Positions 27,593-42,508 of a stretch of DNA of 64,000 nucleotides are shown one piece after another. The notes below the pieces were generated by a model. It ran no database searches. It was not told the DNA's origin and saw only the letters and a program-made list of their open reading frames with translations. Numbering within the stretch: position 1 is the stretch's first letter; the number at the start of each line of letters is the position of its first letter. The translations under genes and the position numbers were made by a program. This stretch comes from Chrysomallon squamiferum (taxonomy: Eukaryota > Animalia > Mollusca): contig CM022667.1 of NCBI GenBank assembly GCA_012295275.1, positions 6,820,001 to 6,884,000 on the forward strand. Direction: 5' to 3'.

Positions 27593-30500
27593 ATTAGAGA
27601 GGAATAATCTGCAGCAGATAGTGGTGAATCAATGAGCTGCTGTTACTCTCAAACAATTACAAACAGCACGGGTCCTATCAAAGTGGGCTCCTCCGGCTCC
27701 TATCAGCGGTGTGAGCGGACTATCTGAGCTGACAGACAGACAGACGTTTATCAAGTTGTGTTCTGACACAGCTAAATGCTGCCCAAATTTACTTCTCCGT
27801 CTATCTTATCTTGTCTCGTTAATAACCACCCAGCTTATCACTGCAAATTAACATGGATCTCTAACTATGTGCTGTGCATTGTGGGTAATAAACAATTGTT
27901 AACCAGCTGCTTACTTGTATACAATTATGATAACAGTGTCCGAGAGGGGCTGAGTTAGAGGTTTGGGGTGGGAGGTGACGTTTGTGTTAATCAGGAATTT
28001 TATATTGTGAGCGTTTTCAGTGAAAGTGAGCAGAAGTAGCTCTACTTCAGTTTTCAGATTATTTTTCTTTTGTTTGTTTCTACACATACACACATATAAA
28101 CTTATAATAATACATTTTTCATTATATTAAAACAGATTTATAAAACACATGACAGCACATGTTAAATAAAATTGTTACATCTGAAAATCTAATCAGTTGT
28201 TGTTATTATAATAATTATCATTAGTATTGTTATTGATATTTTGTTATTATTGTTGTTACTATTGTCATTATTATTGTTAGTTTTATTATTGTTGTTGTTG
28301 TTGTTGTTACACAAGTTATTTATGACTCACAAAAGAGACTCTGCAGACAGTTCAGTTTAAATTTCAATCATTTAAGAATAACAACTTGTATCCTGTTTAG
28401 TCACTCTGTGTACACAATACTCACAAAGTCTTTTCTCAAACACTGACAGAAGAAAACAAAACGTTTAACCTTCACGACCACAACATAAATTATGCTTATA
28501 AATAATAAAAAAAAATTAAAAGTGAAATTATTTCTACCCCCCTCTGTGTTTTGAACCCTTGGCCTGACTGCAAGCACAGGGTCAAATGAAAATGTGAGAA
28601 AGTCTGGGGGTGGGGACGTGATTAATTGACAGGCAAGTCACAGAGATTCTGAGGTGACAAATGGGTGATTTGTCACCAGTTAGAGGTGTGTCACTTTAGT
28701 GACAACTTGACAGATGTTATTAAATATCTCAGTTATTATTTACTTACATCTCGGAAAGAGGTTCTGTTAATAGATGGACTTAAAGACAGACAGACATATG
28801 TACATGATATAAAGCTACACATGTCTTTTTATGTATATATGTATGAATGTACAAATGTAAGTATCTGTCTTTTAGTCTTATTTTAGTCCATTCATCTATC
28901 TGTACATGTTTTACACACACACACACACACACACACAGACACACTCACACTCTTACACACACACATAACACTCAGATAACAAACAGAAAGGAAAAGAAAG
29001 AAAAAAGAGATAACTGAAAAAGGGTAGAAAAAAAAGAGAAAGGAAAAAAAAAAAGAGAGACGATTATAAAACTGGAAGAAGAGTAAAAAGACAATGGATT
29101 GGCAGACCTGAGTGATATCCCAGCATGCATCAGTAATGAGGAGACATGTAACAAAACGGGTGAGAAGCAGGACATTAATGTAGTGTTATAACAAACGAGT
29201 ACTGCTTGTATTACACAGGTCACATAAAACACATACATCACATCTACTTGTTTACAAACATCTGTTAATTAATCACACACGCAGCAAACACATCCTGAAA
29301 CAAACGTCTCTGGTCCAGCCTGTCACAAATGTGAGTGAAATGAAGCACTGGAAAGAAAGAAAAAACACAAAAGTAAACAAATCACAGACTCGGGACGCAG
29401 AGCGAGAGCGGTTTAAATTAATCAACTTTGTTAACTTTGTCATAATTTATTTCTCACGGTGGCCGCAGCCCGGCGAGGGCCTCTCATGAATGCATAATAA
29501 GTGAGCGTGCACCAGTCTGGTTGTTTGGAAGACATTACCGGACTTTTAATTAGACCATAAATAATTTCAATCAATCATAAAGTGGTGTGTGTTTCAACCA
29601 GCTTATTGCTCCCCTAGACTTTTACACATTTGTCACACAGACTTTTGACAGATGTGTTCACTTATCCAAGCAGAAAAGTGGAGCTGCTGGCAGCCATATT
29701 GAATTCTGAAATGAAAATATTCCGTATTAAGTTCTAACAATTAGGCTGCCAACAAATGAAAGTGGATAAATTTTATTTTTATTTCAAATGTTACTGTTGT
29801 CATAGAAACCCAGTATTAGACATCTTGATGTATTTTTAGTGTTTGCTTTCTCATTACTCCTCGGGTTGGTATAGTTCTGAAATTTTATTCTTTATTTTTA
29901 TTATTATTTTTTTTTAATTTATTATTTATTGTTAATATTTTTTTTTTTTTTTTCAAATACAAAATCAACTTCCATTATTGATATTAGTTTATTTTTATTT
30001 ATTTTAATTTAGTTTTTTAAGATTTTGTTAATATTATTATTTTTATATTTAATTAATGATTATTTTAGAAATTATTTTCAACTTGACAGAATATTCAGAT
30101 GTAACATAATTACAAACAACAGCATCTCTTATGGTGGGTGGTTTCCATGGAGACATTTTTACATAGTGGGATGTGTTTGTCCACCACACCCAGGGCGCAG
30201 TGTCTTGGGGGGTACAGTAATGTTTTTGTTCATAAATTTCTGTTTCATGTTGTTTTCTAACATCACTGAAACAAATATTTGTACAGAACTTCACTGTCAA
30301 GTCAGACACACAGACACACAGAGACACACACACACACAGACACACAGACACAGAGACACACACACACACACACATGGATGCACTGACAGATGGAAGATGA
30401 AAAGAAATATCAGTAATAATTAAACTAACATGTTTATATATTTTTCAAATTACTTATTCAGAAAAAAAAATTAAAAAAATAAAAAAGATTTGAAGGATCT

Positions 30501-31339
30501 TTTTGAAAAGGATCCTTTTTGATCCTGTCTGTTTATGCATATTTATTATGTTGCACGTATTTAATTTATTATTTATTATTATTATTTTTTTATTAACATT
30601 TAACAAAATTAAATAAATGAAATGTAAATTAATAAACAAATAAACACACATTTAACAAATAATACAAATAAAACAAATAAAATAATTAAATAAATAACCT
30701 AGATACATGAATAAATAAATAAAACATAAAACAAATAAATAAAATGGAAGAATAAATAAATAAATAAAAGAAAAAGGAAGTAAAATAAATAAAATATATG
30801 AAATTACATTAACTACAGAAAAAAAGAAAGAACACTTTATATACTTCTTTCACTCTGTAGTCATTTACAGTTTTAAAAATGTCTGTTGTTGATGCTGTCT
30901 AAGAAAACATTTATTTTTAAGTTTGCTCTTTTCTTGTCTGTGAGATGTGTCAGGTTTATTGCGGCTCTTGATACCTTTCAACTTTGCAAGCACTGGAGAA
31001 AATAACACGCCACAGATGATGTATACACCTTTATCATGCCACGCTTATCAAATAATGAAAACAAATGGGGTCTCTCGCCACAAATTACGAATCACAAATG
31101 TTTTATTGCCAAGTGACTATGGGGGCAGACGTATAGAAGCCGACGATATTGGTCTGCATTGAAAACACACAAATAAATCATTCTGATTGGTTGACAGCGA
31201 CGCCACGAAAACAGCATCCGTCTCAGGAGTCTTCCATCTGTCCCCCTCACCCCCCCACACCCGTCTTTGTCTACTCCACATTCTTTACTTTTTGTATTTT
31301 TTCATATTACTAATGTATTTATACATTTATCTCTCATCT

Positions 31340-32185
31340 TGTTTTTTTATTTTTATTTTGATATTACTAATAAACTTTTTATTTTTATTACTAATAAAAC
31401 TTTATTTTCTGTTACTAATGTATTTATACATTTATCTCTCGACTTTTTATTTTTATTACTAAAACAGTTTTTATTTTTATTACTAAAACAGTTTTTATTT
31501 TTATTACTAAAACAGTTTTTATTTTCTGTTACTAATACAGTTTTTATTTTCTGTTACTAATACAGTTTTTATTTTCTGTTACTAATAAAGTTTTTATTTT
31601 CTGTTACTAATAAAGTTTTTATTTCTGTTACTAAAACAGTTTTTATTTTCTGTTACTAATAAAGTTTTTATTTCTGTTACTAATACAGTTTTTATTTTTA
31701 TTACTAATACAGTTTTTATTTTTATTACTAGTAAAGTTTTTATTTTTATTACTAATACAGTTTTTATTTTTATTTCTAGTAAAGTTTTTATTTTTATTAC
31801 TAGTACAGTTTTTATTTTTATTTCTATAAAAGTTTTTATTTTTATTACTAATACAGTTTTTATTTTTATTACTAATAAAGTTTTTATTTTTATTACTAAT
31901 ACAGTTTTTATTTTTATTACTAATACAGTTTTTATTTTATATTACTAGTAAAGTTTTTATTTTATATTACTAAAACAGTTTTTATTTTATATTACTAATA
32001 AAGTTTTTATTTTTATTACTAATAGTTTTTATTTTATATTACTAATAAAGTTTTTATTTCTGTTACTAATACAGTTTTTATTTTTATTACTAATACAGTT
32101 TTTATTTTTATTACTAATAGTTTTTATTTTATATTACTAATACAGTTTTTATTTTTATTACTAATACAGTTTTTATTTTTATTTC
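31340..32185. repeat. ~25-bp AT-rich minisatellite, ~30 copies
   Basis: Unit ~TTTTTATTACTAATACAGTTTTTAT. Confidence 0.9.
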
Positions 32186-32990
32186 TCTCCGGTTATTAAA
32201 AGCACTTTTATTACTCTTCCTATTTTTTAAATGTATTCTCTGTCACTCACTTTTTTCTTTTTAAGTTCCTCTAGGTTAAATATATCCACTCAGGTTTTAA
32301 ATATTTTTTTATATATATTTGATAAATTTTCTATCATTAATTGTCTCAATAGTTTTTTTATTTTTTTATTATTATTTGTTTTTTTACAGACTTCATTAAT
32401 TTCAAACACTGAGTCTCAACTCTCTGAGCTCAGTTCTTTGTTTCATTTATTTTTGTTACATACAAAAGTTTCTTTAATTTAAAAAAAAAAAAAAACATCA
32501 CCTAAAAAAATATATATATAATAAATAATAAAATATAACTTACTATTTATTTATTTTATTAATTTATTTATTGTTTATATATTTATTTATAATTTATAAT
32601 CTGTTCCACTGAACTTCTTTTTTTTTTCTTCTTCTTTTTTTTTTTTTTTAAATATTATTTTATTTTCTTAACAATTTTGGTGTAATTAAAAATAAATATT
32701 TTAAATTCTGATCCTATCTGCATCTGTCTATTATTCAGCCCAGGTCTGTGACCTCACACTGCCCTCTAGTGTTGTGTTTTATCACTTCCTGAATGCCACA
32801 CCTACTTTCTGATTGTCTGTCTGTCTAGTGTAACTCACAGCTCAGATAATCAAACTATTCTTAAACCACTTTCTACTTGTCTGGTTTCCTCAACCTCCTA
32901 CCAGGCAAATCACTGCTTATATGAAATAATGAAATAAACAATTAAATAAGTAATAACAATAATGACAATAGTAGTAGTAAAATATAATGA

Positions 32991-33033
<43 letters not shown>

Positions 33034-34844
33034 GGAAGAATTATTGTTATAAAAAAAAAGTAAATAAAAAAAGTACATTTTACAATTATTTCATTTGTCT
33101 TTGAAGTGCTGCAGTCAGTGAATGAATGAATGGATTAATGAATGAATGAATAATGGATGAATAAATGGATGAATAATGGATGAATGAATGAATGAGTGAA
33201 TGGACATTTGATATTAATATTTATTTATGCTATAAAAGGTGGTTTTGGGTTTTTATTTTTTTTTTTATTTTTATTATTTTTATTTTAGTGTTTCCTATTA
33301 TTATAATTATTATTGTTTTTTTTATCATAACAAACATACATACACACTAAAAGTATAAACAGTGCTGTTTCGCACAGAGGCTGGATTGGGAAAACTGTGG
33401 ACAGTGGATGTTTACAGAGAGAACAGACTGACTGTGTTTGTAGACAGGTGAAGTTAAAACAGCTGACGTTAAAGCACGTCTCACAACAACAAATTAACTC
33501 TCGTTTCTCATCACATTTCATTTCATTTTATTAGCCATTTATCCCCCCCCCCATTTTTGATTAGGTTATTTTTTTTTTCTCTCACTCCCCCCCACCCTGC
33601 CTCACAGCTAATAGAAAAGTGAATTGAGCAAAGCGTTTGTTTAATTTTCATTAGGATTATCAGCTCCATCTGAATAAATCAAGTAAAACTGAAAAGCAAA
33701 TGGGTACTTATCTGTCTGTCACACACATGTAATTAACTCACCTACTTGTTTCATGGCAAATTCATTTATCACCAGTCTGCACAACCCGGTCAGGGCCTCA
33801 CTCAGAAGTAGCGCTAAACATAATTACAACAATAATAATTACAGTCACAACACAACTGGAGAGCCCAATTAGAGCCTCACAATGCTTCAAGAAAGTGGCT
33901 GTTGTGTTGCAGTGTTAATGAGGCAGCTCAATGAGTGCACCTGTTTAGGGCCTCCCTGCTTCCCAGGTTGTGCACTGTCATTCATTACTGTGAAAGGTAG
34001 ATTTGTGAATTATGGTAACCCAGTCTGTGCCTCACTGACTGCCAAAGAAAACATTGAGAGAACCCTTTTTGTGCCTTGCTAGAGAAAAATAGTTCTGATA
34101 GAGAACAGTGCTGCAATTACTAAGTACAAGAGAACAGACAACAATAAAAGATAAAGTACACACACTGTGAGTAGTGAGCAACAGTTATCTCCCTTACTTC
34201 CCTCGCCAGTGAGAGACACTTGACCACTGTTTCATTTCACTGTCTGAGAGCAAACTTTTTATTTTTATTTAAATTATAATTTAAGAAAATTTTAATATAA
34301 AAACTATAAAATAAAACAAAAACAATGAAAGAAAACAAATGTAAACAAAACAACAACAATAAATAAAGAAATAGCTGTGAATGTGTGTGTGTGTGTGTGT
34401 GTGTGTGTGTCTTTGAGATATATTCATTTCACCCTCTCACATTATTTTGGAGTAACCCCTTAAAGACATTAGAAGGAAAAAAGCAGAACAGTTAAAATAT
34501 AAATTATTATTTAAAAAAACAAAAGTACAGAATTTAAAAAACAACATGACTAGTTTTTTCCTGACAGATTCTTGAACTGGAATGAAATGGAATTCCGAGT
34601 GGCAAATAAGTTTATATTACAAGTACTTAACACTGCGCGCGAACATTAAACACTAGGACTTTACAGTAACTGGTTATTTCACATTTTCAAATCTGCTTTT
34701 TTCTCTTTTTTACTTGTGTAAGCACAAGCTGCAATTTACAAGAGTTCAATAAAAATTTGTTTTTAAAATTTCACAAGCATAATGTTTAGCAAAATGAGAA
34801 ATTGCTGAAAGAAAAAAAGTCACTTGTTCATACAAATAGAAAGG

Positions 34845-35943
34845 TGTGTGTCTGTATGTCTGTATGTGTATGTGTGTCTGTATGTGTCTGTGTGTCTGTA
34901 TGTGTATGTGTGTCTGTATGTGTATGTGTTTGTATGTGTGTGTCTGTGTGTGTCTGTCTGTGTCTGTGTGTCTGTCTGTGTCTGTATGTGTCTGTGTGCC
35001 TATATGTGTCTGTGTCTGTATGAGGCCCTGTATGTGTGTCTGAATGTGTAAGTCTGTGTGTCTGTGTCTGTGTATATGTGTGTGTGTATGTGTCTGTATA
35101 TGTGTGTATCTGTTTTTGTTTTAGTCTATCTGTGTGTCTGTGTCTGTGTGTGTCTGTGTATCTGTTTTAGTGTATTTGTGTCCGTTTTAGTGTATTTATG
35201 TCTGTGCGTGTCTGTGTATAGCTGTGTGTCTGTGTATCTGTATGTATCTGTATTCATGTGTGTGTGTCTGTGTCTGTGTGTGTCTGTGTATCTGTTTTAG
35301 TGTATTTGTGTCTGTGTATATCTGTGTGTCTGTCTGTGTATCTGTTTTGTGTGTGTTTGTCTGTCCCGTGTATCTGTTTTAGTGTATTTGTGTCTGTGCG
35401 TGTCTGTGTATAGCTGTGTGTCTGTGTATCTGTATGTATCTGTATGCATGTGTGTGTGTCTGTGTCTGTGTATGTCCGTGTATCTGTTTTAGTGTATTTG
35501 TGTCTGTGTAAATCTGTGTGTGTGTCTGAGTCTGTGTGTGTCTGGTTTCTGTTTTTGTTTTAGTGTATCTGTGTGTCTGTGTCTGTGTGTGTCTGAGTAT
35601 GTGTGTGTCTGTGTATCTGATTTTGTTTTAGTGTAACTGTTTCTGTGTGTGTGTCTGTGTCTGTGTGTGTCTGGTATCTGTTTTTGTTTTAGTGTAACTG
35701 TTTCTGTGTGTGTGTCTGGTATCTGTTTTTGTTTTAGTGTAACTGTTTCTGTGTGTGTGTCTGTGTCTGTGTGTGTCTGGAATCTGTTTTTGTTTTAGTG
35801 TAACTGTTTCTGTGTGTGTGTCTGTGTCTGTGTGTGTCTGGTATCTGTTTTTGTTTTAGTGTAACTGTTTCTGTGTGTGTGTCTGTGTCTGTGTGTGTCT
35901 GTGTATCTGTTTTTGTTTTAGTGTAACTGTTTCTGTGTGTGTG
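34845..35943. repeat. TG/TCTG-rich compound repeat with ~60-bp higher-order units in the 3' part
   Basis: Recurrent TCTGTTTTTGTTTTAGTGTAACTGTTTCTGTGTGTGTGTCTG. Confidence 0.85.
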
Positions 35944-36797
35944 AGAGATCTAAGATTATCAATTCGTCTATCTGCGAGATTAAAAAATGAATGATAATAA
36001 CAACAAAAAAGAGGAGAAAATGTAAATGAAACTAAAAGAAAAAGCACACAGAGACATAATTCAAACAGCAGCCTGTCAGACGAGTCTTTGTCTAACTCGG
36101 ATTTTCTCTAAACCTGATCTGGGTTTGTGGGTTTTCAGATAAATAACTCTGACAGCCACTTGAATAGTGCCCCCCAGCTCAGTGTCAGCCGGGGGAGCTG
36201 ACTGTGAGTGATTTGTGAGCGGCAGCTTGTCACACAGGGAGGAAGCCACACCCACAGGACGACACCAGCCCCACACCAAGGCTCTGGTTACCCACAGCAC
36301 TCCCCCTCGACCCCCTCCATCCCCTCTAAAAAGTTGTTTTAAAATTCCACTGAGAGAATTTAAAAAAAAATGTGTGATTTTTGTTAACAAATAAAAACTG
36401 ATCAGCAGAAGTCAAATTACACAGTTAGTGTAAAACAAGTGCATATTAATGAAAAAAAAAATAATAATAAATTAAAAAAAAATAAAAATAAATAAAACTA
36501 AATAAATAAAAATAAATAAATAAATAAATAAAAATAAATAAATAAATAAATAAATAAAAATAAATAAATAAATAAATAAAAATAAATAAATAAATAAATA
36601 AAAAAAATAAAAACAAACATCTAATATTTTAATTTTTTGAATAAGAAATTATAAGTATGTATGTATGTGTGTATGTTTATGTAGGTAATGCATGTATGTA
36701 ATGTATATGTCTGTGTATGTATGCAGACACACCCACAATGCAGGGTAATAACAAAGGACTGCAGTGTGTCAGAACCAGCAGCTGTCTATACATCTGT

Positions 36798-37090
36798 TAT
36801 TTGTCACCCAACGTTTGTCACAAACTCTTGTCACCAAACCAATATCAAATATCACCCAAGTCAACCATTGCTGTCACCTAACATTAACCAACTGCTGTCA
36901 CCTAAAACAACCAACTGTTGTCACCCAACAATCACTGCTGTCACCCAAATCACTGCTGTCACCCAAAATAACCATTGTTGTCACCCAATTCAACCAACTG
37001 CTGTCACCCAACCACTGTTGTCACCACATGTAATCACTGCTGTCACTGTGGTCATTACTGTAACCCCAGCCATCCATTACAGTCACCCAG
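36798..37090. repeat. Degenerate ~20-25 bp repeat built on (C/T)TGTCACC
   Basis: About 12 recurrences of (C/T)TGTCAC, e.g. CCAACTGCTGTCACC. Confidence 0.8.
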
Positions 37091-38014
37091 AGCAGCCACA
37101 AGTTTTAGATTAAACTGACTTTAACTGTCATCAAACGACTATTTATCTCTCCGTGTTCTTGTGTTTTGTCACAGAAAAAACGACCGAGGAGATGGATTCG
37201 ACTGTTTCACGTCTGACGTGACAGATCACAGGCTGGTAACACAGGACAGCTAGCCACACCTGAACACAAAACACATCTGAGCCGAGCTGACAATAAATCA
37301 GACTTAAACAACTTGCAGAGTCTCCACAAAACTGACGCCCATCAGTCACTGGAGGCAGGGGGGAGAGCGGGGGAGGTGCAGGACAGGGGAGGGATGGTTC
37401 AGACTCAGATCTGGTCGTGTTAGACAACAACATTAATCACCACTGCTGCTACGACAGCAGCGTTAGTGCTCGAGTTTGGTGATGAAGACGCATCAGTTAC
37501 TTTGTTAAGGATTATGACCCAAAGGTTCTGAGTTCAGTCCTCACAGAAGGAAAAGATGATGATTTTCTACACGACCAGACAAACAAAAACAAACAAATTC
37601 AATGGCAAAATTTTGATGTTTAACTTTCTCTTTCCAAAAAAAAAAAAAAAAAGAAAATAGAACATAATCCTTGAAAATCTTGGAAATTGTTCAGTCTAAA
37701 GTCATTTCCAGACCAAATAAAAATAATAAGCTCAAATATCCATCAAAATAAAAATGAACTCTCCATTTTCTTTAAAAAATTTAAAATATGAAAACATCAA
37801 CAAGAACAATAATAATAAAAGAAAGAAAGAATAAACTTGCATTAATTCTTTTTAGATAAAAAAAAAAATGAAATATTTTTGTTTTCTTAACCTACTAACA
37901 CAATATAGATTTTAAAAAAAAGAAAAAAGAAGAGAACAGCTGACAGAGAAATTTAATAAATTTTGTATAAAATGTCTGTTGTCATGACCTGAGTCACACA
38001 CACCAGTGTCTTCA

Positions 38015-38560
38015 CACTAGTTTTAACTACTGGTGTGTTTTACTAGCACTAGCTAGTTTTAACTACTGGTGTGTTTTACTAGCACTATCTAATTTTAACT
38101 ACTGGTGTTTTACTAGCACTAGCTAGTTTTAACTTCTGGTGTGTTTTACTAGCACTAGCACTAGCTTGTTTTCTCCCACCAGTGTATTTCACCCACCATA
38201 AGCTTGTTTTAAAACAATTACTCAATTTCACCCCCCCATTAGTTTGCTAATCCACCGTATTTCACCCACCAATAGTGTTTTCACCCCCCATTAGTTTGTC
38301 TCAAATGTGATTACCACATTTCACCCACCAGGTTCACCCACCACTGCCACATATCAGACTCATACATCAACTGTGACCTGCGAGGAATTTTTATTACTCA
38401 GCCAGTTTGATGCCTGAATAATTGTTACAGAGAATAGCTGTTCCTTAGATAATACTCTTTCTACATCACAGGCATGTGTACATACATATATAATTGTTAC
38501 AGAGAATAGCTGTTCCTTAGATACTACTCTTTCTACATCATAGGCATGTGTACATACACA
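38015..38560. repeat. Cluster of short tandem duplications: ~38-bp x3-4, TTTCACCC(A/C)CCA repeats, 72-bp x2
   Basis: CTAGTTTTAACTACTGGTGTGTTTTACTAGCA units; the 72-bp duplication starts at 38418 and 38490. Confidence 0.8.
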
Positions 38561-38711
38561 CATGTGTTCTTTCTAGTTTTTTCAAAGAGACACACAGACA
38601 CAAACACCAGGCATGGAGACCTATACACATACATACATCCACACAGATGTATGTAAACACAAGAAAGGAATAATATAAGAAAAACAAACAGAAAGAAATA
38701 TGTATACGCAT

Positions 38712-39210
38712 CAGAGAGAGAGACAGAGAGACAGACAGATAGAGAGAGACAGCGAGAGAGACAGAGAGACAGAGAGACAGAGACAGACAGAGAGAGACAG
38801 TGAGAGAGACAGAGAGACAGAGAGACAGACACAGACAGGGAGAGACAGAGAGACAGAGAGACAGACAGACAGAGAGAGACAGAGAGAGAGAGATTTGGAG
38901 TGTGTTATGATTTAAGAATAAATCATTTTCAAATGTACAAGTCTGTCTTAACTGTCTCATAAACAGTTTTTCCATTTATTATTAATTTTTTTTTGTTTTT
39001 GTTATTACTGTTATTGTTATTATTATTATAGTTATTATTGTTAATTATTGTTGCTGTTGTTATTATTACTATTATTATTATTATTATTATTGTTGCTGTT
39101 GTTATTATTATTATTGTTATTGTTGTTATTATTACTATTATTATTGTTGCTGTTGTTATTATTATTATTGTTATTGTTATTATTATTACTATTATTATAG
39201 TTGTTGTTGC

Positions 39211-39250
<40 letters not shown>

Positions 39251-39255
39251 GCTGT
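38712..39255. repeat. (GA/GACA)n and (TTA/TTG)n microsatellites
   Basis: 38712-38892 and ~39000-39255. Confidence 0.9.
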
Positions 39256-39509
39256 ACAAAGTTAGCGATACTCACAAAGGAATTATGATGGCTGACAGTT
39301 TGAAGTTTTATTAAACTAATCTGTTTGTTTATTAGTTTTGTGATCTTTATTAATATCTTTACATCGACTGTTCCCAGTTGTAATTAAACTATCATTTTAC
39401 ATGTAGCTGTGTACATGTTAATGTGTTTGTGTGTGTTTGTGTTGAGGTGTTGGAGTGTATGTAAATCAGTATACATGTCTGTATACATATGTATGTGTGT
39501 ATCTGTGTT

Positions 39510-39552
<43 letters not shown>

Positions 39553-40621
39553 ATTATTCTGCGTTTAAATGACATCACAGAAACATGATTTAAAAATTCA
39601 GATATTTGACAGAAATCACAAAGCAGATTATTTCTCTGAGAGAAACATTCAATAAATGAATCAAACGTGACAATACAATATTTAACTTTTCACAAACAAA
39701 AGTGAATTTAAAACACAGAAAACACATCTCAACCTGAACCAGAAACCTCTGACACTTTGTTAAATAAGTGTTTAACAAACTGTGTAAGTGTGCCAGGCTG
39801 GACTGTTAATTGTATGTAAATACCCGTATGCTAATTAAACAACTGATAACATCACCAGTGACTCTAAATGTGTTTCTGCAAAGAATACAAATTTACTCTT
39901 TGTTAATTACATAAAAATACTGCAGTTATAATATTAATATTCACACCTGCAATATTAGTAACAACATTGCAGCTAATAATAACACTGTAACACTAACAAT
40001 AACACCAAATCATTAATAGTAATGTTGTGATGTTAATAATAATAATGTAACATTAGTAATAACACTGTAATGTTAACAGTAACGTTGTAATGTTAATGAT
40101 AACATTTTGATATCAGAGGAATTAAAAAATAAATGAACTTTGTGAAGATGAAGAAATACAAATGTATTAAATATATATTTCTAATTGAATAGAAATATAA
40201 TTTTATTCAGAACTGTTTTCAGAAAAACAAAAATAATGAAATACTATTTTAGAATCATAATTAATAATATGCCACATTATAAATATTGAATTACTCGAAA
40301 TTAAATGAGTTAATTGGGGAATATGTAGGCCATGTCTAAAATAGATAAGAAGATGAATTACAGGGTGTTTATTTATTTATAATTAAATGATGTTAACAAT
40401 GAGAAGTGACATAAAACTATGATAAAAGAAATGTATGTGTACAAATCTTCAGCAATTCATAATTATAAAAGTGTCACAGGTGACAAAGGTAAAACTCGTT
40501 AAGCAGGTATCACACCTGTCAGTGGTGGTTTCTGACTTTGTGATGTTTTCCTGTCAGTGAACAACAGCCTGGTTCAGAATCACTCAAGCGTGTCACCGAG
40601 TGTTCTCATACACACACAGTA

Positions 40622-40803
40622 CTTAACACAACACAGTAAACATCCTGTGTTACCATGTAACACAACACATTAAACATCCTGTGTTACATGTAACACAACA
40701 CATCAAGCATCCTGTGTTACCATTCAACACAACACAGTAAACATCCTGTTATCATTCAACACAACACATTAAACATCCTGTGTTACATGTAACACAACAC
40801 ATT
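40622..40803. repeat. ~33-34 bp minisatellite, ~5 copies
   Basis: Unit AACACAACACATTAAACATCCTGTGTTAC(C)ATGT. Confidence 0.85.
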
Positions 40804-41209
40804 ACATTTTTTCTTATCATTTAACATAAAACAACAATAAGAATGCCTGTATTTCCGTATTGTTTTATTTTTGACGATTTAAAGTTCAATTTACTTAAAT
40901 CGTTATTTTATGCAAGCAGAGAAAAACAAATATGTAACACTAGATTTTATAAGAAAATCAAATTCAGACGTAAGTTGTATTTGTGTGTCTGAATTTATGT
41001 GCTGCATGCATATCAAAAATATAAAGTCTTATGTAAATACAAGCATATATATGTAATTCAGACACACTCAAACTTATACTCAGACGTATAGATGTTCATA
41101 CTTACATTCATGTATAAACACACCACACACACACACACACACACACAACACACACACATATTTGAATATTCATGTTTTACAAACAGTAAACTGTACCTCA
41201 GTTATATTA

Positions 41210-41270
<61 letters not shown>

Positions 41271-42477
41271 TCTCATGTTTCTTTTCCTTTTTCTGGCTTT
41301 CTATTAAATTAAATTTGTTTATGTTTTTCTTTTTTTTTTAAAATCACTGTTTTTTTTCCAGTATACTTTTTTTCAGTTTCTGACTGTTGTTTTCTGCCAG
41401 TGAGTTAATTATGAAAATGTGGGCTTGCAGAGATGTTTGATTTTTATCTGATTTATTACTGTGATGACAAACACGCAGTGACAACCACCTGATTAACATT
41501 CCTACACAACATTGCTCACCTCACAGGTAGACACTCGGGTCTAGGGGATCAAATCTCCTGCTTGGGGTAAACAGAGAAACACACCCAGCACTGATCTGTC
41601 AGTCCCATGTTCAAAACTTCTGACTGGTTGTGTCAAGTTACTAGGTGTAATTACAATCTGCTGGTTCTGAGTTCAGTTCTCGTGAAGGGGTACATCTGGT
41701 TATTAGATATAAATGTACATTCGCAGATACAACCTATTGGACCTGAATTCACTTCACATATAATGTTATGTTCAATTATTATTAATGAATTTACCTGTGC
41801 AGGTATAATCTGTATGTTCTGAGAACAATGTGGGATATAGCAATATATAAAATGTAATGCAAGTGTATCTTCAACCTCAGTGAAAGTAACACACACACAC
41901 ACAAACACACACACAGAGTTTATTTCCAAGTATATGAGCAGAGCTGTTTTAAAACGAAATTACCTAAATCACGAAATAATTTAGATTTATTTGAGAAAGA
42001 AATTAAAGAAGATCTCTGTAATCTATATCTGCCTTGTTAATTTAGATTTTTTTGTTGTTGTTGTTTGTTGTTTTTGTAATTAATGAGTTAACCTGTTTTA
42101 CAGTCATTAACACAGACTATAACACATACTGGCACATATGTGTGTGTGTGTTGTGTGTGTGTATTACAAATAAAAAATAAATTTAAAAAAAGTATTTATG
42201 CTACCCCAAAGACTCAGTCTGTATAATATACTTGTTCTATGTTGAGATATGAGATATTAAAAAAAATTAAAATAAAAAATAAAAATAAAAATTAATTTTA
42301 TATTTTAACATTAGTTTTTATTGGTTTAAATGGAAATGGAATGACTGAAATCAGTGAAACAGTTGAACATGACATTTTTATTTCTATCAAAGTCTGGACT
42401 TTTATAAACACTCTGAATGTCCACTAATGTATTTCTCTGTGTGTTTATTTTTTTCAGTGTCTGTGTGTGGATGTGTC

Positions 42478-42508
<31 letters not shown>

